From: Parasitella parasitica NRRL 2501
Lineage: Eukaryota; Fungi; Mucoromycota
Direction of reading: 5' to 3'
Assembly (NCBI GenBank): GCA_025201805.1
Contig: MU619252.1
Location: 186,001-250,000 of the forward strand
Length of the DNA stretch: 64,000 bases
Shown: positions 49,001 through 61,321 of the stretch, piece after piece
Position numbering within the stretch: the first letter of the stretch is position 1
Layout: each line of letters starts with the position of its first letter
The notes under the pieces: generated by a model
Database searches by the model: none
What the model saw: the letters and a program-made list of their open reading frames with translations, nothing else
What the model was told of the DNA's origin: nothing
Translations under genes and position numbers: made by a program

Positions 49001-51161
49001 ATGGCAGTATTTAGTCATATTAAAAATTTCATAAAGAGCGGAAAGAGTTATTCCTCGCATGGTTCCAACCTTTCTAGACAATCTACAACACAAAAATATG
49101 AAACAGCTCAGCGTATGGTTGAAGAAGAGAAGTTAGCAAAGCAGACAATGCCAAATTATCAAGGTCTTGAGGATTATCAATTAAGAGCAAAGCTTGGCGA
49201 GTAGGTATACTTTGATATTCATTCAAAATGGGTACTAAAAATACAAATAGTGGTGCATTTTCCAAGGTTTATGAAGCCAAGAAGTTGTCTTCAAACGAAA
49301 AGGTAGCCATTAAAATAGTTCGCAAGCATGAATTGAACAACCAGCAGGTGAGTTGAACCTAGCAACAATGTCATGTAGTTTGCTGAACATTTTTTGAACA
49401 GAAAGCAAGTGTCTTGAAGGAAGCCCAAATTATGAGAACATTAAATCACTCCTCCATCATTCAATTGCTCGATTTTATCGAAACAAAAGAGGTAATCAAC
49501 CCACACATACAAAAGTTTCAATAGAGTGTCTTCAGAGTTAACTTTTATCATGATAGCATTATTTTCTTGTGCTCGAATTATGTGAAGGCGGAGAAATTTT
49601 CCATCAAATTGTTCGTCTTACCTACTTTAGTGAAGAGTTATCTCGCCATTGCATCAAACAAGTTGCTGAAGGCATTCGCTATTTGCATGAAGAGAAGGGT
49701 GTGGTTCATAGGTATACAACGAGAGCTTAAAACTAGTTGCACCAACTAATAGAAAAACAGGGATATCAAACCAGAGAATTTATTATTTGTGCCAATTGAT
49801 TTTAAGGAAAGAGTTGTGCCATTACCTCCGCCTGATTTTGACGAGCCTAAAGAAGACGAGGGTAAATTTATGCCTGGTATTGGTGGTGGGGGGATCGGTG
49901 CAGTTAAAATTGCAGATTTCGGTCTGTCTAAAGTTGTATGGGATCAACAGACCATGACACCCTGTGGCACAGTTGGTTATACAGCCCCGGAGATAGTCAA
50001 GGATTTAAGAGTAACAATCACACAATACATGCATGCAAAACCGTACCTAATAATCTTTCATAGTATTCCAAATCTGTAGATATGTGGGCATTGGGCTGTG
50101 TATTGTATACTCTGTTATGTGGGTTCCCTCCATTCTACGACGAATCTATCAAAATCCTGACTGAGAAAGTTGCGAAAGGACAGTATACATTCTTGAGCCC
50201 CTGGTGGGACACAATATCTGATGAAGCCAAAGATTTGGTTGAACATTTACTCGACGTCAACCCAGAGAAGAGGTTCACAATTAACGAGTTTCTCGAACAT
50301 CCATGGATGCAGAATGAGGTAAATAAGTGGGCCCCACAAAATATCACAACAAAGCAACTTAATACGAGCATGTCTTAGAAAATGTCACATATCGACAAAG
50401 AAGCTATTATAGCCAGGACCACACCAAGTGATGTGAATTTAGATTTAACATCGGTACCCATGTTTACATCACTTGAAAGCACAGGTGTGCCAGCTAATGG
50501 ACCTCATCCTGAGACTGAAGCTGAGGCATTCAAGCGCATGATACAAGAGCGCATTAGAGATGAAGAAGAGTTGGAATCGGCTGTGCCCATGCCAGTACCA
50601 TCTGGTGTCTCGTCCGTGATTAATTCTCGTGCTAATTCACGTGCTAATTCACGTGCACCTTCTATTACTGCGTCTGGAGCTACTACTCCTCGTAGAGATC
50701 TGTTCTCAGGAGTATCTTCTATGAAAGAAATGTTTGACATTTCGTATGCAGTTCATCGTATGTCAGAAGAAAAGGCTCGTAGAAAAGTAATCAAACAACA
50801 GCCAAACCAAGAAAACCGACGATCATTATTCATGAGTGCGATCAATGGTGATGATGAGGATGTGACAGAAGACGAGGCAGATATGGTAACTGATGAGACG
50901 TCCACAACCGAAGAAGATGAGGACGATGATGAGGGGGGCCAAAAGGACAAATCATTAAGTGAGATAAAAAGCAAGATGGATATTCTCCATATTGATGAAT
51001 CAGTCCCAACCCCAGTGGATCATAAACCTACCTCTGTCCAAGGCAAAAAGGCCAATAAATCAAACAAGAATGGTGGATTATTTGAATTAAATATGGATAA
51101 TGCCACTTTATTGGGAAGAAGAAAGATTCCAAGTGCAACTCAACCTATCGATGAGCCATAA
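49001..51161 (+). CDS. CAMK-family Ser/Thr kinase, Rck2/Srk1 (MAPK-activated) type
   Basis: GEGAFSKV, VAIK, HRDIKPEN, glycine insert GIGGGGIGAVKIADFGLSK, TPCGTVGYTAPE and FELNMDNATLLGRRK tail. Confidence 0.93.
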
Positions 51162-51693
51162 GATGAATAATAATAGGCTGGTTTCCTCTTTTAATTCTGG
51201 ATCATCACATTGACTTTATACAAGGTATATCACTTTCTGTATTGTTTTGTTTTTTTTTTGTATACACATGCAACACCTCAATTACATAAAAAATTTTGCA
51301 TCTTTTTTTCTTGGAACAATAAAAAATCATTGAATTGTCTATGGAATCTAAACCGATACAGGAATCACTAGCTTTTGGATCTCTTGTGCGAGGCTTGAGA
51401 ATTAAACATGCCTTTTGATTATTTTTTTGTTTTCCCGCAAGAATTTACATATAGCCATTTCAATTTTCAAACTCAGACATTACTATATCCGGTACGGACA
51501 TATTATTTCCTTCTCCGATATCACATTTGACGTACTGGACATGCTAGGTACACCCCATGAATGATTATAATATTGATTTTAACAGCACATCAAAGTTTCC
51601 AACAATGTTACACTTTGAAACTAATAAAACCGGAACAGGTGTATCTATGGTAGCTTCTCTTTTTCTCTTTCGCTAAATTATTTATATAGTTAA

Positions 51694-52563
51694 ATGAGCA
51701 ATATTCCAACCAGATTTTTAGCCATTGGTATTCCAATTGGTTTATTAATCACCACCCATCTGAAATCATTGCCATTTGCATATACGGTTCGTTCCTGGCT
51801 CTTACTGAGAGCTTTGATAAAGAAAGCCAAAGAAAATAAACTGAAGCCAGATGGTACATGTGAATATAAGCAATTACTAGAAAATTAGACTTAAATTATC
51901 TATACAATATTTAGGATTGTTTGCGGTTGTAAGTCAGGACCATCGCTGCTACCTTGATGATATAGATTATAATCAGCATATGGTAAGTTTGCATGTATAC
52001 AGTAAAATGTATTTGGCATTATTCATGAAAATTAAAATTGCGTATAGAACAATAGGTAACGTGAGAACTACTTTTTTTTTAAAAAAAAAAAATGGTACAT
52101 ATATTATGTGAAACTAAACTCATCTAATAGCACTTATAATAAGATCTTGGATTTCAGTAGAATCCACATACTTTACTCTGCGTTTGCTCGAGTCATGATG
52201 GAACCACATCATCATATTTTTGGTCATAATGGTGGCGTTATTACGCTTTTCAGAAAAGAAATACCTCCTCTTGCAAAATATAAGGTGCAAACTCGAATCT
52301 GGACATGGAATGACAAATGGCTATTCCTTCAGCATCGCTTTTTGCTTGAAGATGATACGGTAGCATGTTTGGCCATCAGTAAGATTGTCTTTAAAAAAGT
52401 GTCTGGCAAAACAGTTCCACCAAAACAAGTATTGGAATTGTGTGGACATAACTTTGACGATCTTTTAATAGAAGAAAGACGCTTACATAACTGGGAAATC
52501 GCTCAACATGTATTGAATTTGGATAAAATTCGAGATGATCCATACTCTTGGACAAATTTATAA
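51694..52563 (+). CDS. Hot-dog fold thioesterase-like protein
   Basis: Spliced DIDYNQHMNNSTYNKILDFSR, then FRKEIPP and TRIWTWNDKWLFLQHRF. Confidence 0.82.
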
Positions 52564-52644
52564 GCGGGGTGCATGTAAACTCGCTGCATACAGTGCACTG
52601 TCATGTGTCTTTCTCCTTTTTCTCTTTACTCTCCAATAAATTAC

Positions 52645-53248
52645 ATGTCTTCTAACACCAGGCCTTTATCGCTGTTTATACCAACTACTTGGTCACAGCA
52701 GCAGAACCAACAATCGTCAAATACGAGACCCGCATCTATACGATCAGCCTCTTCATCTATTGCTGTCAACTCACCGTCTTGGTCAAATTTATCTTTTGAC
52801 CAATTATCGCTTTATGCGAGACGAGCATCAAACTCCAGCATAAGTGTGCTAACAACACATCAAAATGATCAGGAAGAAAAAACAAAAAAACGACAAAAAG
52901 AAAGAGTACAGCATGGTAAGATCGTTGATTCAATAGGCTGTTGCCATGGTAACTGACAGGACATGACAATGTGTAGTGGCAAATGGATTTACGCAGATAC
53001 TCTTACAATCTTTGAATGATTGTTCATTTGGATTTTTCAGAATATCAGACCATATTCATCGCAAAGTACCACGGATTGTGGAAACCAAAAAGAAACTCCA
53101 AAAAAATAGGAAGAAAGTAGACACTGCCATTTCAGATATACAAGACGTTAGAAAAAACGTATGCGATATTGAAAGAATTGAATCATTTTATAACATAAAC
53201 AAGATGATTGAATCAAGTATTAATATATTAAAAAATTCAAGAAAATGA
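52645..53248 (+). CDS. BORCS8: BORC subunit 8 (BORCS8/MEF2BNB)-like coiled-coil protein
   Basis: VANGFTQILLQSLNDCSFGFFRISDHIHRKVPRIVETK aligns by eye with the BORCS8 core (FTES...NEPSVALYRLQEHVRRSLP). One intron (~52916-52976). Confidence 0.6.
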
Positions 53249-54237
53249 GTTTTTCATTTCTCTTATAGTATGGAGTACTTCGACTGGATCATTTTTACCA
53301 GCAACATGTTGCAATGCTTGTTCATTTACCCTTAAAAATGGATTATACAGTTTTTCTTGTCCAATAGTTGAAGGGACAGTAATCGATTTATCTTGACACC
53401 AGGCCCATTTTGCTTTCAAATTTTCGTTGTGAGGATCAACGGATAAGGCAAACTAAGCTCGAAAAATAAATACATTGCCTACACGGACCAAATACCATGA
53501 AAATAAAAATAAAATCAAGACTATACCTTTAAATTATTCTTTGTATATTCATGTCCACAGTAAACCCACGTATCATCCGGTAATTTTGTAATGATATGAA
53601 ATAGGATTCTGTACATGTCACGAGCATCTCCTTCGAAGAATTTACCAATACCACCAATAAACAACGTGCTATGAATACATCAATCTTATTAATTGAGAAA
53701 AACTCATTCGTAAGCAACTCACTCTCCAGAAAACACAGCTCTTTCACCTGTGTTTGGATCTACTACATAATAACACACATGTCCCTTTGTGTGGCATGGT
53801 GTATGAAGTGGAGTGATGTCTAATGATCCCAACTTAAATTCTTCTCGATCCTTGCATACATAATTAATCTCTGGTATTCTGGCATCTGCACCATATACAG
53901 CCAATCCAGGCTTTTTTGCTTTCAAAGGATGAGTGTTGATTTTGATGATGTTGAAACAAAATGATTATTCCTACCAACTAACTCAATATTGCCCCCAGAA
54001 TGATCCCAATGATGATGAGTGGCAAACACACTGTTTGTTGTGCTGGTGCATTAATACCACATGTATATAAGCGCATTCAAAATAGTTGTACCTGGAAAGC
54101 TGTGCTCCTGTTTGACTAATAACATTTAAAATTTTAATTGGCTCAACGGGATCAATGACAGCAGCTTCTTTTGTCTTTTCATCAATAAGAATGTAAGAAT
54201 AATTATCATCAAGAGCAGGAATCGGGATAATTTTCAT
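53237..54237 (-). CDS. GLO2: Hydroxyacylglutathione hydrolase (glyoxalase II)
   Basis: [40 protein letters not shown] and EKLYNPFLR. Confidence 0.95.
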
Positions 54238-54607
54238 ATTTCAAAATATAAAAAGGGGTTAACAGGAAAAAAAAAAGTTGTGTCGAAGCAAGAGAAAATT
54301 GGTATTTATAAAACAAAATAGAATGCTTCCAAAAGAACCTTCTTTTCAACTTTTACAAACGTTATTGTGAGATTTTGTTTTAAAAGCCCGGATTTGATCT
54401 ATGCAAGAGAAACACAGGCTAAACGTACAATGCGCTACCAAAAGCCATTCAACAGAATATGAAATATGTTAGACCAGGAAAACTTGAAGAAATAAATATT
54501 TATAAATGTGGGCATTTTATTTTCCTATTATTGAGATGCTACATAAAAGAAAGAAGGGAAGGGTGCCTTATTGACGTCAAATGTGAAAGAACATTCTGGA
54601 GCTTAAA

Positions 54608-55355
54608 TCAATCATCATCTTGGAAGTATGCTTTGGCTTTGTGGACATCAGGTATGATTGTTTTGCTTCCCTTGTTCCAATTGGCTGGACAAACCTCTCC
54701 ATGCTTATCACTGAATTGGAAGGCTTCAACCAATCTAATGGTTTCTGGAACAGATCTTCCAACAGGTAAATCATTTATAGTGATTTGTCGAACAACGCCT
54801 TTGGTATCAATAATGAATAGTCCACGTAATGAAACCCCTTCATTTTCAAGATAGACACCGTAACTTTTAGCAATACTTCTTGTTTTATCAGCAATGATTG
54901 GAATTTTGGTTTCTTTACCGAGTCCACCTTCATGGCGAGGTGTACCAATCCAAGCATGGTGAACATATTCTACATTTTGCATCACATATTTATAAGCATA
55001 AATTACATTTATAAACATAAATCACATTTTAATAGGCTGTAGGCCACTTACCAGAATCGCAAGAGGCAGCTATCAATTCGCAATCTAGAGATTGAAATTC
55101 TTCATAGGCATCATTGAATGCAACGATTTCTGTTGGACAGACAAACGTGAAGTCTAAAGGATACCACATGAGAACTACATACTTTCCTTTGTAACTGGAA
55201 AGTCTGATGTGTTCAACAATATCCCCATTTCTAACGCCAGGAGCATCAAAATCGGGTGCAGGCTTTTGAACTTGTGCAACAACTAAATCATCAATTTGAA
55301 TTAAATTCATTTGACTTTTCTAGCAGTATCAATTAAACAACAATATTATACCCAT
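54608..55355 (-). CDS. TSA1: Typical 2-Cys peroxiredoxin (Tsa1/AhpC)
   Basis: [13 protein letters not shown] after splicing, [24 protein letters not shown] and a YF motif. Confidence 0.95.
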
Positions 55356-55946
55356 TTCCAATATCTAAGAAGAGTAAAAAAAGAAAAGTAAACGTGTAAT
55401 GGAATGCCTAATCTTCATTTTGTAATGAAGAAAGGTGACGTTTTTTAATCTGTCATTGTGATCTTACTTGCATAATATCGTCATCTTAGTTTTATTATTG
55501 ATACATGTTACTGAAGATAAATTAAAGAGCAAGATATGTTCTACGGCCTGAGATTGCTATTGTTATCACAAAAGATGAGTATAAGGTCGTCATCATCTAC
55601 GAAAAATTAGTCCTGGCTATCAATTTCTTACGATGTTTTTTGAGTGATTTTCCGACTTAACTTAGTTTTCTTTGTGGACAAATGCGGACAAATGAATGTT
55701 GCAAATGGGAGGCCTATGTTTCGACCTACTTAAATCTATTTAAGTCCTTGAAAGAAACCATTTATTTTATCGCAATATGTACTTTGCTGTTTATTTTCTG
55801 CAATAGGTTCCAGGCCTAGAAAAACTTTAAAATGATTTTACCTTTGTCTAAAAAATATCGAAATTGTCTAAATTTAATTTTTATTATAATATTTGATTTA
55901 AACTTCGATCAGATATGGGCGCTAGTTAAAGGCACCGCAGATGAGA

Positions 55947-56922
55947 TTATTCCAAAGCAGAATTGAGATAATCAACAAACACATTACCTATAAGGTTTAT
56001 ATCCAAAGTTGTGCTTTGCTTGTTATATGTAACAAATTGCTTTCTGATTCGCCTTAGCTCCGATAATGTAACAGTACGGCAAGGATTGATTACTTTTGTG
56101 CTTGAACGAGGTACGGTCATAGGTAGACCACCAGTTCCAACTTCTTTTTGCGTATCAACGAAGAAATTAATGATATCCAAAGTAGTTTTATCTAGTTCAT
56201 ATACGTAGTTGGTGGATGAAACAGGTTTAGCTATGGTGGATTTGTTAGGTGGTAATGCCTTTTTTAATATCACTGCATCCCAAATTTTATCAACAGGGAT
56301 TTCTGTATCGTCGTGAAGCAAAATGAATAGTGGTGAATCCCATCGATTGCGCTCCTCAGGTTCCTCATATCTCGATACCAATTCGTCAAATCTAATATAA
56401 GAAAAAAAAAAATATTAGTCTTTACTAAAAATTGTGTAAATCCGTGCCATTAACTTGCACTATCTCATCATATCCTTCGACTCCTCTCTTTTCATTCCAT
56501 TGCTTTGCAATGTCACTTGGCACGCCTGTTTGAATTACACAATGAGGTGTACCGATAGCTCGTGCAACACAGTAAAGTTGGTATCGGAATCCTTTGATAT
56601 AGTTTAAACCATCCGCAATCACAATGTCGTCTTTAGATAAGTTCCTTTCAACTGCTGATAATAGTGCACCTCTTGCTTTCTTCTCCTCGCAGGCATCTAA
56701 ATATATAACGATTTTAAACATGCATGCTTTCTTTGTCAAGAAATTAGCCGTCAACCTACCCTTGTAAGCATCTTTGGTTACATGAAGACTTTCGTCATTG
56801 ATGACATTGATGCGCAATGATTTATTCTCTTGTTCGAGTTTTCTGGACAGATATTTTTTGACTTCGTTTACTCTTTGAGTTTTTCCGCTTGATGGGTATC
56901 CGGAAATGATAATAAGAGGCAT
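55947..56922 (-). CDS. KTI12: Kti12 (Elongator-associated PSTK-like ATPase)
   Basis: MPLIIISGYPSSGKT, NYIKGFRYQLYC and RYEEP...RWDSPLF. Confidence 0.95.
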
Positions 56923-57141
56923 TTTTAAGAAAGCAGCAAGTTGATTGAAAGCATACTTGCGTAACTGAAACAACCATTTGCCTTAAGCCACTGTTTGCCT
57001 CTTTCATTGTGACCTTTTTGATTTTTTTTTTCTCTATTTAACTGTCAAAATGCAATTAATCAAAAAGCTAGTTTGTTTGTACATATTTTCATTTTAAAAA
57101 TCCCTTATTGTAGCTCAAAAAGTAAATAAATACTCCTTAAC

Positions 57142-57815
57142 ATGTCCAACAAATTGCATATCAGGTAACTACCATACAGTGGATTTGGCATGCCGAGGGA
57201 TCTAAAATGTAAACTTTCAGTTACAATCAGATCCATGATTCTATCCGTCAATCTGTGGATCATTTCCACATCAATGAAGATTTTAAGCCTGATCTCATGA
57301 TTGCCATTGGAGGTGGTGGTTTTATCCCTGCTCGTATCCTTCGTACTTTCCTTAAAAAGACCAGCCGTGGCAATATTCCCATTCAAGCAATTGGTCTCTC
57401 TTTGTATGAAGAGCTTGCTAATGCCAATGGTGAAGAGAAGCCTGGTACCCAAGTCCAAAAGACTCAGTGGCTCAATTTTGGCGCCTCCCACTCTGAAATT
57501 TCTCTTTTGGGTCGCCGTATCCTCATTGTAGATGAAGTTGATGATACTCGCACCACTTTGGCTTTTGCCGTTGAAGAACTTCGAAAAGATATTGAGACAG
57601 AGGAGATTCGCAATGGTATGAAACCCGGAGAATCCAACACTGTATTAGGCATCTTTGTTCTTCACAACAAGCTCAAGACCAAGAAGCGTGATTTGCCCGA
57701 AGAAATCATGAAAAACTATTTTGCTGCTGTTGAGATGCCTGATCAATGGTTGGTTTACCCTTGGGATGCTGTTGATATCGAGTCCCACACTGAATTGGCC
57801 AACAAGCATCAGTAA
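57142..57815 (+). CDS. XPT1: Xanthine/hypoxanthine-guanine phosphoribosyltransferase (Xpt1/Hpt1 type)
   Basis: IAIGGGGFIPARILRTFL, ILIVDEVDDTRTTL PRPP loop and WLVYPW. Confidence 0.93.
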
Positions 57816-58183
57816 ATCCTTAAAATTTACTTTTCTTTTTCCACTTTTTTCATTTGTATCTATAGACTTTCGTTTTTCCACTCAAATAGATTAATTCATA
57901 TGTATATTACCATTATATTCGATAATATATGCTTAAATTTTGTTTTTAACATCGAAACAAGCTTAACTTCATAAGGGACTGAATTAATGGGTAATATCAA
58001 GAAATAACGTGGAATATTGTGTGTACAAGGAGGCCCATGAAAGGCACTTAACGGCTATATTGTAAAAAGGGTATATTATTACTTCCATGGTGATACGACC
58101 TACTAATACGATTTACAAAAAAGGATTTTATTATTTTAATGTACAAATGTTCAAAGGAGTATGGAAAACGCAATTGCTAAAAT

Positions 58184-59164
58184 TTAGATACCACGACCAC
58201 CAGTAACTTCAAGAGTATGGCCAGTGATATAGCTAGTCAAAGGTGTGCAGAGAGTCATGACAGAACCAGCGACTTCTTCAGCGGTACCAGCACGACCCAA
58301 AGGAATTTCAGCATAAGGGTTACCAGCAGCAGGCTTGTTGCCAGTGGGGATACCAAGGGCAACCTTTTGACCATTGACCTCAATAGAAGCACCAGATTCT
58401 TTGGCGCGAGTAAGACGAGTGTCAACCCAACCAAAGGCAACAGTGTTGCAACGAACGCCGAACACACCCCATTCCTTAGCGATAGTCTTGGTTAAACCGA
58501 CAACACCAGCCTTTGCGGTGGCATAGTTGGCTTGACCAACATTGCCATGAAGACCAGAGGTAGAAGAGATGTTGACAATGCTCTTGTTCTCACCATCCTT
58601 CTTACGAAGATACTTGGAAGCAGCACGGATGATCTTGAAAGGGGCAGTGTTGTGGACAGCAAGCATCAAATCCCATTGCTTATCAGTGATCTTGTGGATC
58701 ATGCCATCAAAGGTGAAACCTGCATTGTTGACAATGTGGTTGATCTTACCGAATGCCTTGACAGTTCCTTCAACCAAGCGTTCGGGGAAAGTTTCGTCAA
58801 GAACATCGCCGGGAATGGAAATAGCCTTAAGACCAGCAGCGTTGATGTCAGCGGCAACTTGATCAGACTTGGCTACATTGTCATGTCAAACACATGGTGA
58901 TAGTACCTTTAAACACACACATACCAGCATCAATGTCAGTGACAACAACCAGGGCTCCTTCACGTGCAAACATCTCGGCACAGCTCTTACCAATACCTTG
59001 ACTAAATGAGATTGTATGTTAGAAATAGTCGCTCCAATGCCTCAAAAAAATAAAAAGCTTTACCCAGAACCAGTGATGATAGCGACTTCACCAGCCAACA
59101 TACCCTTGGGGAAGTTACCAGACAAATGACCCTTGATGGTGTTTAAACGATCAGTAGCAGACAT
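58184..59164 (-). CDS. Short-chain dehydrogenase/reductase (FabG-like 3-oxoacyl reductase) with N-terminal PTS2
   Basis: ITGSGQGIG (spliced), NNAG, S...YATAK catalytic residues and N-terminal RLNTIKGHL. Confidence 0.92.
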
Positions 59165-60577
59165 GTTTATATAATTGTGTATATGAGAAAGAAGAAAAAA
59201 AAAGAAGGAAAATCCAACATGTATGCTTATTTTATATTGCTTTTAAAGTATTTCCAAATAGTCAGCAACTATATCATCCGGGAAAAACAAGCGGACAAGT
59301 CACCAAACTTATTCTTACGTGTGAAAAATTACGCTCTGCATTACAGCCAAAAAATTGGCTTTTAGTAATATTGATTGCTTAAGCGGAAATGTCTATTTTA
59401 AAGATCGCTGAAGAAAGTTGCTTTACGTTGATCTATATGGTATGCAAAAAAAAAAAAAAAAACCAATTGTTTCAAAGAGACGGGAGGATACTACGCTCTG
59501 TTTGCAAAAGCATTGCACATGTAACAAAATCATAGTTTATAAACGCAATGACCAGCATGAACAATATAGATATATATTGATATATATCACTCTAGTTTTC
59601 ATATATGATATATAAGTGCCCTTGAAATAAAAGGATTTCTCGTTATTAATGCTTGAAGGAAAGATATCAACAATAATGTTTGTATCAACCAGAAATGAAA
59701 GAAACTTGGACTAATGAGACAGGGGCATCTGGAGTTTTGAGAATGTACACAGATTCATTACTGAGATGGCAAAACGAACCTCACAAAACTCTTTTAACTT
59801 AGAATTAACACATAAAAATATTTTATTCTAAATCTTAAACTTATATCTTTAAACTTAAATGAATGAGATTCTTTTATTTGAAGTATCAATTCTCTAAATC
59901 GGTCCGTGACCCGATTTTAAATTGTTTTGACACTTTCAGTCATTATCTCTAATGTTTAAAAAGTTAGCATTCCTTGCAATAAAGACACATATGTAGCTAT
60001 TATCTCGATTTTCTATCTGATTAAACCTTATTTATTAACACAAACTTGAGTAAGTTCGCAATTAAAAGAGGTTTTTCAACTGGAAATCCATATTTTGCAT
60101 AAATAGCACCCAATTTAGTAGTTTTAGGTAGTATTATTGATTATTTTTGACTAATGGATACTACAGTTTTGAGGATGAAATTCATGCCAAATCGTTGGTT
60201 TATTTTTTTCTGCAAACGCAGACGGTTGTTACAAGATGTGTAAACATAGCTGGATTCTTTCTAGGTTTTTCAATCGGCTAAAAAATCAATGATTTGCAGA
60301 TAATAATAACCTAAATTTAGGCCTTGGGGGAGCATTTTGCTTCTCTTTTGGTGGTAATGAAGTTCGAATTTGTAAACTAATGCTTATTATTAAATTTGAA
60401 GGCATGATGCACAACTCTGTGTCAAGTGCAGAAACTAAGGGCTGTAATTGGATAATCATTCTTTGTAATCATGTAGACATTATCTGGAAGTTTTATTCCA
60501 TAACAAGCTACTATTTAAGAGATGACAGTCCTTGAGCTGCTTCCATTAGTCTTTTCCCTTTCTCTTGAATTAAAAAC

Positions 60578-61321
60578 ATGGACGAACATCGCACAGCTAT
60601 CCAAGAACGAAAGACAAACGAAACCGACATCAAAGTTTTTATTAATCTTGATGACAAGTTTGATCAAAAAATTCATATTGATACCGGCATTGGTTTTCTT
60701 GATCATGTAAGTTTATAAAATGTGTCAAAGTTAGTCATCAATCTAAGTTTTTTTTTTTTTTTTTGTTTTTTTTGCTAGATGTTGCATGCTCTTGCTAAAC
60801 ATGGTGGTTGGTCTTTAGATATCACTTGCAAGGGTGACCTTCATATTGATGACCATCACTCTGCTGAAGATACTGGCATTGCGTTAGGTATGGCTTTCAA
60901 GGAAGCTCTTGGTACTCCTAGAGGAATCAAACGTTTTGGCTCTGCCTTCTGTCCTTTAGATGAAGTGAGTGTGATGTTGTTTTTTAACTAACGAATGCAC
61001 GGAAACTCATTGCCTTTTTTTTTTTTTTTTTATAAATAGGCCCTTGCTAGATCTGTTGTGGATATTTCCGGTCGTCCTTTTGCCGATATCAACCTCGATT
61101 TAAAGCGTGAGATGATTGGCACCTTATCTACAGAAATGATTCCTCACGTTTTAGAGTCTTTCGCTGGTGCTGCTGGCATTACTCTTCATGTTGATGTGTT
61201 GAAGGGTAAAAATGATCACCATAAGGCCGAATCTGCTTTCAAATCCGTGGCTGTTGCGCTTCGTGAAGCTTGTACTAGAACCGGCACCAACGATGTCCCT
61301 TCAACCAAGGGTGTTTTATAG
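60578..61321 (+). CDS. HIS3: Imidazoleglycerol-phosphate dehydratase
   Basis: [38 protein letters not shown] and VPSTKGVL. Confidence 0.97.

Noticed and set aside
54608-56922. Selenoprotein system (PSTK-like gene next to a peroxiredoxin)
   Set aside because: The kinase-like gene has Kti12-specific motifs, and both peroxiredoxin catalytic residues are ordinary Cys codons.
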